Under the pieces are notes generated by a model. That model worked only from the letters and a program-made list of their open reading frames with translations. It searched no databases and was not told the origin of the DNA. The translations under genes were made by a program, and so were the position numbers. A stretch of DNA of 63,613 bases, filler included, from Dugesia japonica (Eukaryota): NCBI GenBank assembly GCA_001938525.1. It is 6 parts of 6 records of this genome, joined end to end, with 100 filler letters (N's around TTAATTAATTAA, not from the genome) between each part and the next. Parts side by side here need not be neighbours in the genome. Positions count along the whole stretch, not along the records: positions 19,237 to 31,733 come from MQRL01614127.1; positions 31,834 to 46,767 come from MQRL01637458.1; 4 more parts are not named here. One strand, written 5' to 3'. Below, piece after piece: positions 24,181 through 36,553 of this stretch. Position 1 is the first letter of the stretch; each line of letters opens with the position of its first letter.

Positions 24181-26243
24181 TGATAATAATAAAAATCAAA
24201 TCTTTTTAAACTAAATGTATTTCTTGTTCTTCTTACTGTTGAAAATGTTATAAGATCCCATCAAAGAGTTTCATTATACACTTTATATGTCTATATTTTC
24301 TACATAATTATATCATCGTTTATGGGATAAATGTTTTATCTCTGTATTTCACTCTATTAGCCTATTTTACTATGGTTTACACATATTTACGCCATTTACC
24401 AAGTTTTACCAAGATCTACCATATATTTTACACCTATTCACCTCATTTTACTCTGTTTTCACTATATTAAACCTTTCTTTTACCCTAGTTTACCATATTT
24501 TTACCATGTTTACCCTATTTTAACCTGTTTTTACCCGGGTTTCCCGATTTTACCATGTTTTAACCCTGCTTATCCTGTTTGACCCATTTACACTATTTTG
24601 ATTTATTTTGCCAGATTTTCTCATATTTGGAAGAGTTTTCTATATTTTACCGGATTTTATCATATTTTCTTTATATATTTGTATTAAGTTTCAAATGATA
24701 ATAACTCATGGTTTATTCTATTGAATGAAGGATTGAATCTGTTATAATTTAAGTTAAATATAGGTTTAAACATGAAAAATATGAGTTTTATCTTTTCAAT
24801 AAAATCCTTCACTATTTGCCTTCATATTTNNNNNNNNNNNNNNNNNNNNNNNNNNNNNNNNNNNNNNNNNNNNNNNNNNNNNNNNNNNNNNNNNNNNNNN
24901 NNNNNNNNNNNNNNNNNNNNNNNNNNNNNNNNNNNNNNNNNNNNNNNNNNNNNNNNNNNNNNNNNNNNNNNNNNNNNAACATTAGAAAATAATGGTTCAT
25001 CGCTGAAAGTATTAGCTTTATCATAGAAAAGTTATAGACTTATTGAAAATATAAGTTTAACATAGAAAGTAATGTCTTGGTCATATAAAAATATTTAATA
25101 GAGTAAACCAGTCACTAATTATACGGCATTTATTATATAGATAGCCATTTAATATGTTTAATTTATACACAATTCGTCACTTTTTACCATATTTTGCCAT
25201 ATTTATAGTCATTTACCAACATTTACCCCTATTTAAAGATATTTAGCTATATTTCCTCTTATTTTCTATTGTATCTTAATACATATTTTCACTTCCTATT
25301 TTCATAGACCTCACTTCACTAATCTTTAAAAAGTGTTATATATTAATAAAAGAAATCAATAAGACTGAGTGATAGTGAGTAAGAGTTGATATGACATGCT
25401 TTTTATTTAAAACAATATAACTATTTCAGTATATTTTAATCGCTTGATTATCCTTTCTACTTCTTTGCTTACTCCTTGGTTCCCAGCGTGCACCTTGGCA
25501 ACCCTGCTTGCACTTTGGTTTCCATGGGNNNNNNNNNNNNNNNNNNNNNNNNNNNNNNNNNNNNNNNNNNNNNNNNNNNNNNNNNNNNNNNNNNGTTTAA
25601 CATAGAAAATACGGGTCTTATTATTAGAAATACTTGATTCAACATTAAAAATATAGGTTTAATGGAAAGCAGGGATTTTATCATGAAAAAACTGGTTTTA
25701 ACAAGAAAATATGGGTTTTATAATGAAATATGAAGGGCAGTAAACCAGATTCTTTTATTAAAGCGATTGTTGTAAGTAGTCCTACTACATTATAATTTAT
25801 TATTTAGAACTTAAATACCCAAAAACTACCAATCCCGAGCCAATATTAGACTAAATTTATCTGAACCAGCCAAACAATTGACCTCATTCGACCTTACCAA
25901 GAAAACCTTCAACTAATTTCAACTAAACCAATCAAAAATTGACCTAATTTAAACTCACCGAGCAAATTCCCAACTAAAAAGCCTAAAAATATTGCTGCTT
26001 AAAAAGCCTAAAAACTTTCCCTACTAAATACACAGGGGAAACGTAACACCACATTACCACTAAAAAGCCTAAAGAATTATCCCAACTAAATACACAGGGA
26101 AAAAGTAACACCAAATTAAGTAATTTTACCTAATGATGCAATTTTTAAATTCCCAACTAAATACATTAGGATTAAATTTCATTACGTCACGGCGGGGGGC
26201 TAATGATTGTGTGCGTGGAGTGCATTGCTACTATTTATCTACT
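23693..26243. mobile_element. non-autonomous Maverick/Polinton-type element
   Basis: About 300-bp TIRs beginning AGTAGAT..ATAGTAGC; perfect 6-bp TSD AGCAAC at 23687-23692 and 26244-26249; interior of 10-11-bp tandem repeats with no ORF seen. Confidence 0.8.
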
Positions 26244-26286
26244 AGCAACCAATCTATTAAGATCTCGACATGAAAATTGTTATTTC

Positions 26287-27700
26287 TAGGGCTGCAAACG
26301 ATTAATTTAAATTTAATAGTTAACTTTGGATAAATTAAAGATTAATTAATAGTTAATTTCGATTAAATCATGAAAACAAAAACTTTAATCACATAAGTCA
26401 CATTTATAGTTGTATTTGTCGAAAATCGAAATAACTCTAGATAAGCTTGTTCATATGTCATCTAATAACCAACTACACAAACAGACGAGCATGTTGACAG
26501 TATTTGGTTCAAGTGATGAGCAAGTCATATTAACAATATAACCAACAGTGCTTAACAGTCGTTCACATGGAACTGAGGTAGCTAGTATGCACAGAATCTT
26601 TCTTCTCCATTTTATAACGCAGTAATTTATCAGAAGTGCTGTCGATATGATCTTCAGTGTCTGAGTCAGAGTCAGATTCCATTAGCTTAATACGCTTTTC
26701 ATTTGGTTCACAAATACTATCTTTATCAATATCAGTATCATAATCATTCATTGCAGCAGCCTCCATCTGCTCACTATGAACATCAACTGCTATTTGTTGT
26801 TCAACACATGACCAAGTTCGTTATTTTTCATTTTCTGACAAACACTTCAGGTATTTGTAGAGTGCATCAAGTGCTGTTGCAATCGGCAGTAATTCAATAC
26901 TTGTCATATCAGGTACAAATTCATTGAAATCCTTAACACTTGAACACTAGCTGCCTTGAATCTGGCTATGTCATGTTCTTTGTCAACGATGATAGCAGTG
27001 GCAATACATAGCTGCATGAGACATAACCTTCACCACCAAGTAGGACCGTGACCTGCCAGAATAAGTCCAAAACTTTGACAAACTTTTTGAAATCTTCTCC
27101 CAATCCGAATCTGACAGTTTTGGATCTTTTTATTGCTTCTTTTCATCTGACATGTAGAAAGTGAGTGCTTCTCTGGTCTGCAAAAGACTCTGCAGCAAAG
27201 TAAAAATACTGTTCCACTTGTTTGGTACATATTGTTGCAGCTTTCACAATGTTGACTCAGTACAATTTTCCTATTCAGTTGTGTTTACAGTACTATGTCT
27301 AAAATGTCTGACCATTTTTCGACATTTGCCAAACAATTTTTCAGTATTAGCGGCTTTAAATCCATGCAATATGCTTAGCTGTATGTTATGAGCCAAACAT
27401 GGAATATGAGCAAAACCAGTTTTATGAACAGCCGAAACCATATTTCTTACATTATCTGTAACTAGAGCCTGAATCCTGTTCGTTACATCCCATTCTGTTG
27501 CGAACTGTTTATATAACTCGGCAACATTGTCAAAATAATGACGTTCAACAACATTCACACATTCAAGAACAACACTTTTCAACTTCCAGTCATCGGTAAT
27601 CCAATGGCTAATGATTTCACAATATGTTTCGTTGCATTTGCCGAAAAATACGTAACGTTTTGCATTTTTAATTATGTAATCCATTTACTATGAAATTTAG
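26287..27700 (-). mobile_element. hAT (ZBED1/4-like) transposon relic
   Basis: TIR TAGGGCTGCAAACGATTAAT at 26287; HWITDDWKLKSVVLEC, VTDNVRNMV, HIPCLAHNIQL, NKWNS and dimerisation-like SLEPNTVNMLV. Confidence 0.9.
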
Positions 27701-29156
27701 CCATGCAAAAAATTACATAACTTTTGTTTATATTTTAAGTTCGAATTATTTGAATTTTTATTAATTACATAGTTTAATTATTTTNNNNNNNNNNNNNNNN
27801 NNNNNNNNNCTTCTATTAAATTAAATTTTATTGGATTATTTTATATATAAGTTCAGTTTAAAGAAATAGTTTTATAAATATATTATATTTCGTTACAGGT
27901 TTACAGTTACTTTAAATAATGTTTCATGGTTATTTAATAAATAAATTTTAATAAGTCTTAGTAAATAAACAGAATGGAAAATTTTAACTGATGTGCAAAT
28001 TATTTAGTTTGTTTGAATATACAAATTATTGTTTTTATAATAAATTTTAATGTATTAATCAACTGGTCTTGTGAATTCAACGATGAGTGACACAAACTCA
28101 TATAACAATGTTAATTTATTTTCGTTTTGTATCNCGTTTTGAATATATTTATTTTTAAAAGCAAATTAGGAATTTTGACAATCCTTGTATTTTACATTTT
28201 GTATTATATTTAATACTTGTCTTGTGCGAATATTCAACTCTATTGTGGTTGTAATATTTCATTTTCTATGGTATAAAATAGATTCCGACAAAGTGTGAAA
28301 TCCGAACATAAATTGTGATTTTCTTTATAATTGATCAACTTTCCCAAAAAGATCAAAGTTGTACAATTCGAAATAATATTAGCGGAATAAAATAACTTTC
28401 TTGTGTCTTTAAATTGGTGTGGTTCCTGTTAATGCTGCCAACTGAATAACTTTGTTCATTTCAGGGCGGTAACGTATTACAGTAAAAATCTTTTCAAATT
28501 TAATTAAGAGTAAAAAAAAGTACTGGAATATTCTGCATTTAAAAAGTTATAAGACAAGATATTTTATTTATTAAATTTGTAAAGCTGTTAATTTGAATAC
28601 AAATTTCTAAAAGAAAACGTATAATTTTAATTATTTATTTAATGATTATTTATACGGTGCTACATTCTTAAAATTCCTTGAAATATTATTAATAATCGAG
28701 ATAAATNNNNNNNNNNACTTAGACTTAAAAAAGATCTAACAGTTTATTAGATCAAGAAAATTAATTATAAATTTTTAAATCTCAACAAACAATTTCACAT
28801 GGCTTTAATACAGAAGCCTATAAATAAATAAAATTATTTATAAAGAAATAATTAATTATCCTATAAAATTTCCATTTTTCTTAACATTAATTTCATTTCA
28901 TATTTTCATAAAAACTAAAAATCATACCCTTTATAAAGTTGGAATTAAGATGATTGTCGGATCTGGAATTTTATATTTTGGAATTGATGATTATTTTAAA
29001 TAAAATTATTTTACTTAAATATTTCACGGAATTCTTCGTTATCTGTAATTAACTTAATATTTACGAAAATATAATTTAAACATTGATGAAGGGTCCAACT
29101 GAAAATGAAAAAAAATATCAAATTAATAAAATTCAAACAAAAATAATTTTAATAAT

Positions 29157-29600
29157 AGTAGATTGATAGTGTCGCACGGGCACAACACACCCACCCTGCT
29201 GACACGATCACTTAATCCCTGTGTTTTTGTTGGAACTTATTATGGCATTATTAGATAATGATTACGTAACTTTTTATGTGCGCACAGTGCTCGATTCGGT
29301 CGAATTTTTACTCGGGATAGTCAGTTTTGCTCAATTCGGTCAAATTTGTTCTCAGTAATTTCGATTTTTGATCGGTTTTAGGTGAACTTTGGTGATAATT
29401 TACTCGGTGAGGTCAAATCGCGTTAATATTCGTTCAGCTCTAATCAGTACAGATCTATTTTTGAATGGTTTTAGGTGAATTTGGTTGATAATTTCCTACG
29501 TGAGGTCGAATTTCTTTAATTTTGGTCTGGAATTATCTGGGACAAGTAAATTAACTAATCACAATGAACAATTTGTGTCGAATTTAGGTGATTTTGTTTA
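29157..29600 (+). mobile_element. Maverick-type terminal inverted repeat (one end)
   Basis: Begins AGTAGATTGATAGTGTCGCACGG...CACAC like 23693; followed by subterminal repeats resembling the reverse complement of 25830-25980. Confidence 0.55.
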
Positions 29601-31304
29601 AATATTTAAAATTTTTTAAAAGAAATTAAAATTTTGAGAATACAAATGACCAACCCAAATTTTGAAAAAAATTTTTATCGAGATTTTTACAACAATTGAT
29701 GTAGAATTCAATGGGGATTATTTTTCAAAAAAACATTTTCGTAAAAATATTTTCTTAAAATAACCATGTCTATTAGATAAATAATTTTTTGCTGATCATT
29801 ATAACCAGAACTCTAAATCGTCAAATTTTTTTCTGGATGAAATAAAGGAAGTCTTGTCTCGAAAAATCATAAATTTTGAGATTTAGTGCTCAATTTCTTC
29901 GGTGTACATAACTCATATGGTCTCAAATTAGTAATCATTGAACTTAGTAATAAAAACGGACTGGACAAAGTAAAATTTTCATCTCGTGAAAAACGCTTCC
30001 TAACGAAGTTAGACAGCCGTCCTCTCGGATTTGCTAAGTTTTTTCGAAAAAATAACAAATATTTCAAACTTGATCATCAAGGGACCTATTCGATTGAGAA
30101 TGTTTCGCTGATCACAAAAAACCTTACCTAACATCGTCAAACCGTATAGATAAAAAATTAAATCAATAAAACATGCACTTAATATCGGTTGCTCCTCATA
30201 GGAACAATCATATTAGTTGCGCCTTGAGCATTCAAAAAGTTTTTTTAACACAATTCTTACAATCAAAGTATCTATTACATGGAAAATTTTAACGATAAGT
30301 AAGAATAAATTATTAAAAATAGTGAATCTTTATCACGGAAGAAATAAAATTTAAAAACATTGTGCAAAATAAATAGTCAATCAAGAGATTCTACCTCACT
30401 GAGTAAATCATCACCTAAAAAACAATCAAGATTGAAGAGATCACTATTTGATCATATTCTTGTACAAACCATAATAGATAAAGTAAAGATAATATAATAA
30501 TTCAAAGGGTTTCTCAGACTCTCAATTTTAAGTAATTTTTTATTGAAAATTTTCAATTTAAAAGTAAACACTAAGATATAAAGAATTGAAGTCTAATAAG
30601 TGAAAAAAGAATACGAAATTCGACTATAAAATACCTAAACCCATGGTGATCGGATAGAAGTCGAAAATAGAGAAAAGGCATTTTTAGTTTACTGATAAAC
30701 AAACTATTTGAACATTTATTAAATTTTCTTGGCAATATAATTTCCACAAAGAAATTCCAGTTTAGATGGTATCAATAATTAAAAATAGGAATGCAGAGAA
30801 AGCCAAGTTTGCTTACCATTTCTTGAAGCATTGAGAAATGAGTAATTTAANNNNNNNNNNNNNNNNNNNNNNNNNNNNNNNNNNNNNNNNNNNNNNNNNN
30901 NNNNNNNNNNNNNNNNNNNNNNNNNNNNNNNNNNNNNNNNNNNNNNNNNNNNNNNNNNNNNNNNNNNNNNNNNNNNNNNNNNNNNNNNNNNNNNNNNNNN
31001 NNNNNNNNNNNNNTTATATATCAAATAATTATTTCAAAAATTAAATTAAATATTTATTTAAAAAATAAAAATATTATGTAAACAGTAAAATTAAATAATT
31101 TAAATAATATAAATTATTGAAAATGGTAAAAGTTTTTTTTAAAAGAATTCTAACACGTAAATGGAGCACCAAAATAGAAGACATGTCAAATATAGAAAAA
31201 AATATGTTTTTATGACATTTTTCAGCAGATTAACTAGCATTTATAAAATAACTTTTATAGAAATTAAAATCACTCAAATCTATTAAAATTAGCATTACTT
31301 AAAC

Positions 31305-31530
31305 ATTGCAATTATTGTGAAAATAATTGTTGGACAAAACCATTGATCGATTTTCAGAATATATTTAAAATAAAAGCTTCGATCAAAATTATTTTTTTGG
31401 ATTTGATAATAATTCTATATTTCGACTTTGTCTTCGTTAGGAATTGATTTACGAAGACAATGTCGAAATATAGAATTATTATCAAAAACCAAAAAAACAA
31501 ATTTTGATTGAAACTTTATTTTATTGAATT
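31305..31530. repeat. inverted pair of hammerhead-bearing pLTR repeats
   Basis: Minus copy AATTC-CTAACGA-A-GAC-AAA-GTC-GAAA-TA-TA-GAATT (31411-31445); 5'-truncated plus copy ACGA-A-GAC-AAT-GTC-GAAA-TA-TA-GAATT (31451-31477). Confidence 0.75.
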
Positions 31531-31833
31531 ACTTAAACAAATAAAATTAACTAAAAATATTCACTAGACTTCATTCAAATACATTTTCTAAACATATATA
31601 TTTATTTTGTTTATTGTGAAAATTACACTTAGTGTAATTATTAACTTTTTAAAAATTTTAAACCATTGATCTGTGAAATAAAAAATTAAATATTTTAAAA
31701 ATTACGAAAATAAACTTAGGCGTAGATCAAAAANNNNNNNNNNNNNNNNNNNNNNNNNNNNNNNNNNNNNNNNNNNNTTAATTAATTAANNNNNNNNNNN
31801 NNNNNNNNNNNNNNNNNNNNNNNNNNNNNNNNN

Positions 31834-33877
31834 AATAGAATTTACAATGAACGCAACAAAGCAGAAGATGACTGGAAAGACTCCGGCTGAGATCGTTTTT
31901 GGAAAGATAATTAGCTGAGAAAAGTGGTACGAGCCAGACGTTTAAGATAGAATTAAAGAAAACATTTCAGACGTGATTACTAAAAGAGAATTCAAAGTGG
32001 GTGATTTTGTACTCATCAAGGTAGAAACAAGAAATAAAAGTCAAGACAGATTTGAAGGACCTTATCGAATAATTGAGAAAATTCATGAAAGGCGATATCC
32101 AGTACAAGGAGACAATGGATAGCGTTTATAAAGAGATGTGAAAAACTTAGGAAATTTCTTAAGAAGGGGGATATGAGGAAATAATTATTAGTTAATAATC
32201 TCACCCAATAGGAATTGAGATATCTAAATATTAATATTTAAATCCTTGTATTTCATAATTATNNNNNNNNNNNNNNNNNNNNNNNNNNNNNNATCTTATG
32301 AAATATAGTTTGTAGTGTTGGGGTTTACCCTAGGTGGGTTGAATTCTTGTACGATTTAAAGCTAGGGGATCGAACTTTATATAAACTTAAGTCTAGTGTA
32401 ATTGACCTGGTAAAACCCCGCGATGAATTTTATTCTGGTGTCCCCAAAAAATCCAGATCTTCGGGATGAAGCCGTTGACTCGTAGCTCGAGTACAGACTT
32501 GCACCCTTTTGGTTCGAGTTCATTTTACATGATACTCGCCTGATTTAAATCCTACTTTTTAATCATAAAGTTATTCGATTTCAGTTTATAACGGATTTTA
32601 TTGAATTTTTATTATAAATCAGTTGAGTCCTAAATAATTATAAAAATTTTTTTTAATGCGTATCTATCTGAGTTCATTTAATTACTACTTTAATATATAA
32701 AAATCAATACCTTAAGTTTTAAAGTTATCAAGAACACAAAATTTTAACAAGTGAAAATTATATTCGATTATTCAAATCTTCACTTGTTATACATAAATTA
32801 ATAATTAGGAAAAATAACAATACTAACGTGATCTGGATACCAATTTGGAGCAAGCACAAGAGTATAACATCCATTCCATTCGTCCAAAAGTGACTCCAGA
32901 GGTTCTCCATAATAATGAGTCCTAGNNNNNNNNTCGGAAATCGTTGCAACATGAATTAACGAGTACAAATAATCACCTTTTGTGATAATAGAATTTTTTC
33001 CGGTCAAACTCGATATTTGTGTGGGTAAAAAATGTTATTTTTTGTGAAATTTTCATCGGTATTTATACCGGTTTCTCTTCACACCCCTATTCTGTTCATT
33101 GGTTATTTGGATTCGTATGATTTTTCTGACGTTTCCATTGGCTTGAACGTCACGCGAGTTCTTTTTATTGGTTGATATTTTTAGATTTTGAATCTATTNG
33201 ACAACCTTCAAACCCTTGTATCTTTTTCCTGAGACTCATAACGATTTTTTAACTTAGATTTTCAAGATCTCTGATTTTTTCTTGACCAGAACCTTTTTAA
33301 CTGCTAATTTTTCACCCATGGAAAGTCGTCGTTTTTGCCATTTTTCACGAACTAATTATTTTTCTTTTAAAAATAATTTATTTTAAATTNNNNNNNNNNN
33401 NNNNNNNNNNNNNNNNNNNNNNNNNNNNNNNNNNNNNNNNNNNNNNNNNNNNNNNNNNNNNNNNNNNNNNNNNNNNNNNNNNNNNNNNNNNNNNNNNNNN
33501 NNNNNNNNNNNNNNNNNNNNNNNNNNNNNNNNNNNNNNNNNNNNNNNNNNNNNNNNNNNNNNNNNNNNNNNNNNNNNNNNNNNNNNNNNNNNNNNNNNNN
33601 NNNNNNNNNNNNNNNNNNNNNNNNNNNNNNNNNNNNNNNNNNNNNNNNNNTTGTTGTAATTTTTTGGGTTTTGTTGATTATTTTGTTGGTTTTAACTACC
33701 AATCTTGGGTTTCCTTTTAATTATTTCCTTCTTTGACTAAACTATGTTCTTCTTAGGTCTGAATGCTTCGCTTTCTTTTCCGACGACAATTTTTTAAGTT
33801 CGCGTCTACTTGTCGCCATTTTTTCGGTACCATGTGTTTTACCCCAACAGTAGTAGTAAAATAAAAAATGTCTAACA
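31834..33877 (+). mobile_element. 3' end of a Gypsy element (integrase tail, PPT, 3' LTR interrupted by an insertion)
   Basis: TGKTPAEIVFG...FKVGDFVL...RFEGPYRI (GPY/F motif); PPT AAGAAGGGGGA at 32161-32171; LTR TATGAGG(32172)...TCTAACA(33877). Confidence 0.8.
32316..33849 (-). mobile_element. TGTTGGGG...CCCCAACA element (Ginger-like, deleted derivative) nested in an LTR
   Basis: Termini TGTTGGGGT / ACCCCAACA; perfect 4-bp TSD GTAG (32312-32315, 33850-33853). Left part shares motifs with 11360-11540; right part is homologous to 58670-58870. Confidence 0.75.
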
Positions 33878-33930
33878 ATATGAATTTTGATTTGCAAAAT
33901 TAATTAACAATTGAAGATCTACCAATTAAT

Positions 33931-34340
33931 ATGGAAGCTGCATTAAAAGCATTGTTTAAAGATGGACACCTAGACAATTTACAAACTGATTTGGAAAAGA
34001 AATTCTATAATTCAAAAATCAAGAATATTATTTCACATCTCAAGATCAATCATTATTCTGTACAATCATTATTACAATACAATACAAAGCAGCATATGTT
34101 GAAAGATTTAATCAAACATTGAGAGATGCATTGAAAAAGTACTTTGTATATACCGGTAATAAAACCTGGATACACGCCTTATCAAAGATAATTGATAGTT
34201 ATAATCATACAAGTCATAAAGGATTAAATGAAGCAAGACCTGTTGATGTATCATCTGATAATTCATTGAAATTATGGCTATCTAAACAAGATACAAAACC
34301 AATTAAGAAACCTAAATATAAAGTTGGTGATTTTTACCGA
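33931..34340 (+). pseudogene. Maverick/Polinton retroviral-like integrase relic
   Basis: LQTDLEKKFYN...INHYS...(frameshift) AAYVERFNQTL...WIHALSKIIDSYNHTSH...RPVDV...KPKYKVGD. Confidence 0.85.
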
Positions 34341-34517
34341 AATAAAACTGTTTTTTTCAAGAATATTACATGCTCTTAGCAAACAGTTAAAGTCGCGGTG
34401 GAAACCCTTCGCAAGCAGAACTTCTTACTGCGAATATTATTTTAAAATTTCTATTAATTGAATTATCTGCCCGAAATTCTTCACTTAGTTTATTATTAAA
34501 AGAAATTTTTTTTCCTG

Positions 34518-34667
34518 AATTCTTGAAGAAGACTAAGTCGAAATATCGAATTGTTATCAAATATCAATAAAAAAACAAAAATTTTGATCGAAGGTTTTGT
34601 ATTAAATGAATTCTGTAAAACGATCAATGGTCATGTCCAACAATTATTCTCGTAATAATTGCAATTG
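34518..34667 (+). ncRNA. hammerhead ribozyme (C3U variant) plus pLTR-like repeat
   Basis: AATTC-TTGAAGA-A-GAC-TAA-GTC-GAAA-TA-TC-GAATT at 34518-34552. Confidence 0.75.
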
Positions 34668-34789
34668 AAAAAAAAAGAAAATTTATTTCAGCTTATAAAA
34701 GAAAGACGTACTATTTATACAGACATTCCTACACAAAACCCTTTATTCGATTTAATCATGAACAGTATATGGAATTCGAAGAACATCCT

Positions 34790-34980
34790 TACCACTGGAA
34801 ACATACTAAACACATTTTAAACTTCAAAATTACTATTGCCGCTTTGAGTCACAAAGGTGCTAATCTTCTCACAAGTGAAGAAATTTTAAATTTTTATTTC
34901 ACGCTCTACAAGTTGAAAATTCAATTCTTAGTAATAATATTCTAAATAAATTGTAGAGCCAAATATCAAAAAGAAATAAT
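34790..34980 (+). mobile_element. probable hAT-like transposase fragment
   Basis: FKITIAALSHKGANLLTSEEILNFLFHALQVENSILSNNILNKL*SQISKR resembles the helical C-terminal part of hAT-like transposases. Confidence 0.35.
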
Positions 34981-36553
34981 TTAAAAGCTTCATTAATAAA
35001 ATTTAAGAGGCTGTCATTTTTTAAATCAAAAATTTTCAGACAAGTTTTAAGCCTCTCTCCTAACTTTGTCCACTGTCAAATTTCTAGTGACCCTCCTAAT
35101 AAAATTATGTCAACAAATGTTTATCCCTCCCCCACAAATTAAGACTAAAAAAACGATTGTTTATTGTATATCAATTTATCGTTAAAAAAATTGTTATAAA
35201 TTTATCTTGGACACCCTCTTCGCCTTATTAACAATTATCAAACTTCTTCCCTGGATTTTGTTGACATAATTAATGAACAATCACCAATTTACGTAATCAA
35301 GATTACGAGTTCATTAATTCTTCATCAAAACAAAAAATCATTGAATTAACTAAAACGTACGCACAAATACTTTTCATAAGTAATATGAATAAAGTAGATA
35401 TTCAACCGATTCAATAAAATTTAGTAGATAGTGTAAATAAACAATAAACATGAAGCAACATTAAAACAAAAATTTGAATAGTCAATACAAGTTAGTTTAA
35501 AATAAATTAAACCGTTTGTTTCAAATAAGTTTGTTTCTATCACAAAAGAATTTATCTATATAAAGTTAAAAAGCTAAGGTACATATATATTAATCTAATC
35601 ACTTTTTATAAACAAGATGTCACTAGCCTTGTATTATTTTTGTCAGCTAATAAAATAAATGCAAGATTAAATTTTAAAAACTTTCCAAGTTAACTAAATA
35701 TTCAAAAATGAACATAACATAACAATTTATTTCCAGCATTATTCAACCTCATGTAACGAAAAATACTTTCAATAATAGATGAAAATATAAATAAACCACT
35801 AACATTCAAGGTAATGTTAAACTTATTTATGACAGGACCAGATTATAAAAAATACAATAGTGAAGTAACGGGTTGGGTACCTGATTTAATAAAAATAGCA
35901 TCTGAAAGTAACCATAGACAAAACATGGAAAATAAAACTACAAAACAAATAATCAAACCTTAATATTTTAGATTGGATTTTAGCGCGGTGCATTTGCACT
36001 TAATTTGTAATTATCATATATTACATTCAAAAGAAACAAACGATTTTAGAATTAAATCACAATTTAAAATATTTATCAATTTAAATAATAACCACATGTC
36101 TTGATTTTAATACTTTTCTATTAGCAATAAATTATTAGCACATAAAATTTGACTTTCTACAGTTGACACAGAATTATCGATTTTCTCAGATATGTAAAAC
36201 AAAATTAATATTTTAACTAACCAAGTCTTCAAAAACAAATTTCAAATAACATTCATAAGCAATTCCAAAATTTATCAATTACAATTTTATTGTTTATTTT
36301 AATAAAAGCAAAAATTAAAAGAAATTTTTCTGTCAGAATAATAAATACCGAAATCATCTTTAGTAGAAAAATTATATTCACATTTAATGAAAATAAGTCT
36401 ACATAAAAATGAAGTGCATCTTTATAAATTCAAAGTCGTTAGTAAAATTTATTGATCCAACTGTACTGCATGCGTATTTACAACTTTTTAATTTTATGTA
36501 ACACTATACAGTTTGACTTTAACTGATGATGCTGCATCTACTCAAAATTTTTG

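Noticed and set aside
24340-24670. Tandem 10-11-bp repeats (also 25590-25730 and 46380-46620) as CRISPR-like arrays
   Set aside because: No repeat-spacer structure, eukaryotic context; they resemble Maverick subterminal repeats.
28050-29100. Run of minus-strand GT-AG micro-exon-like segments
   Set aside because: No consistent reading frame or recognisable motif could be assembled by eye.
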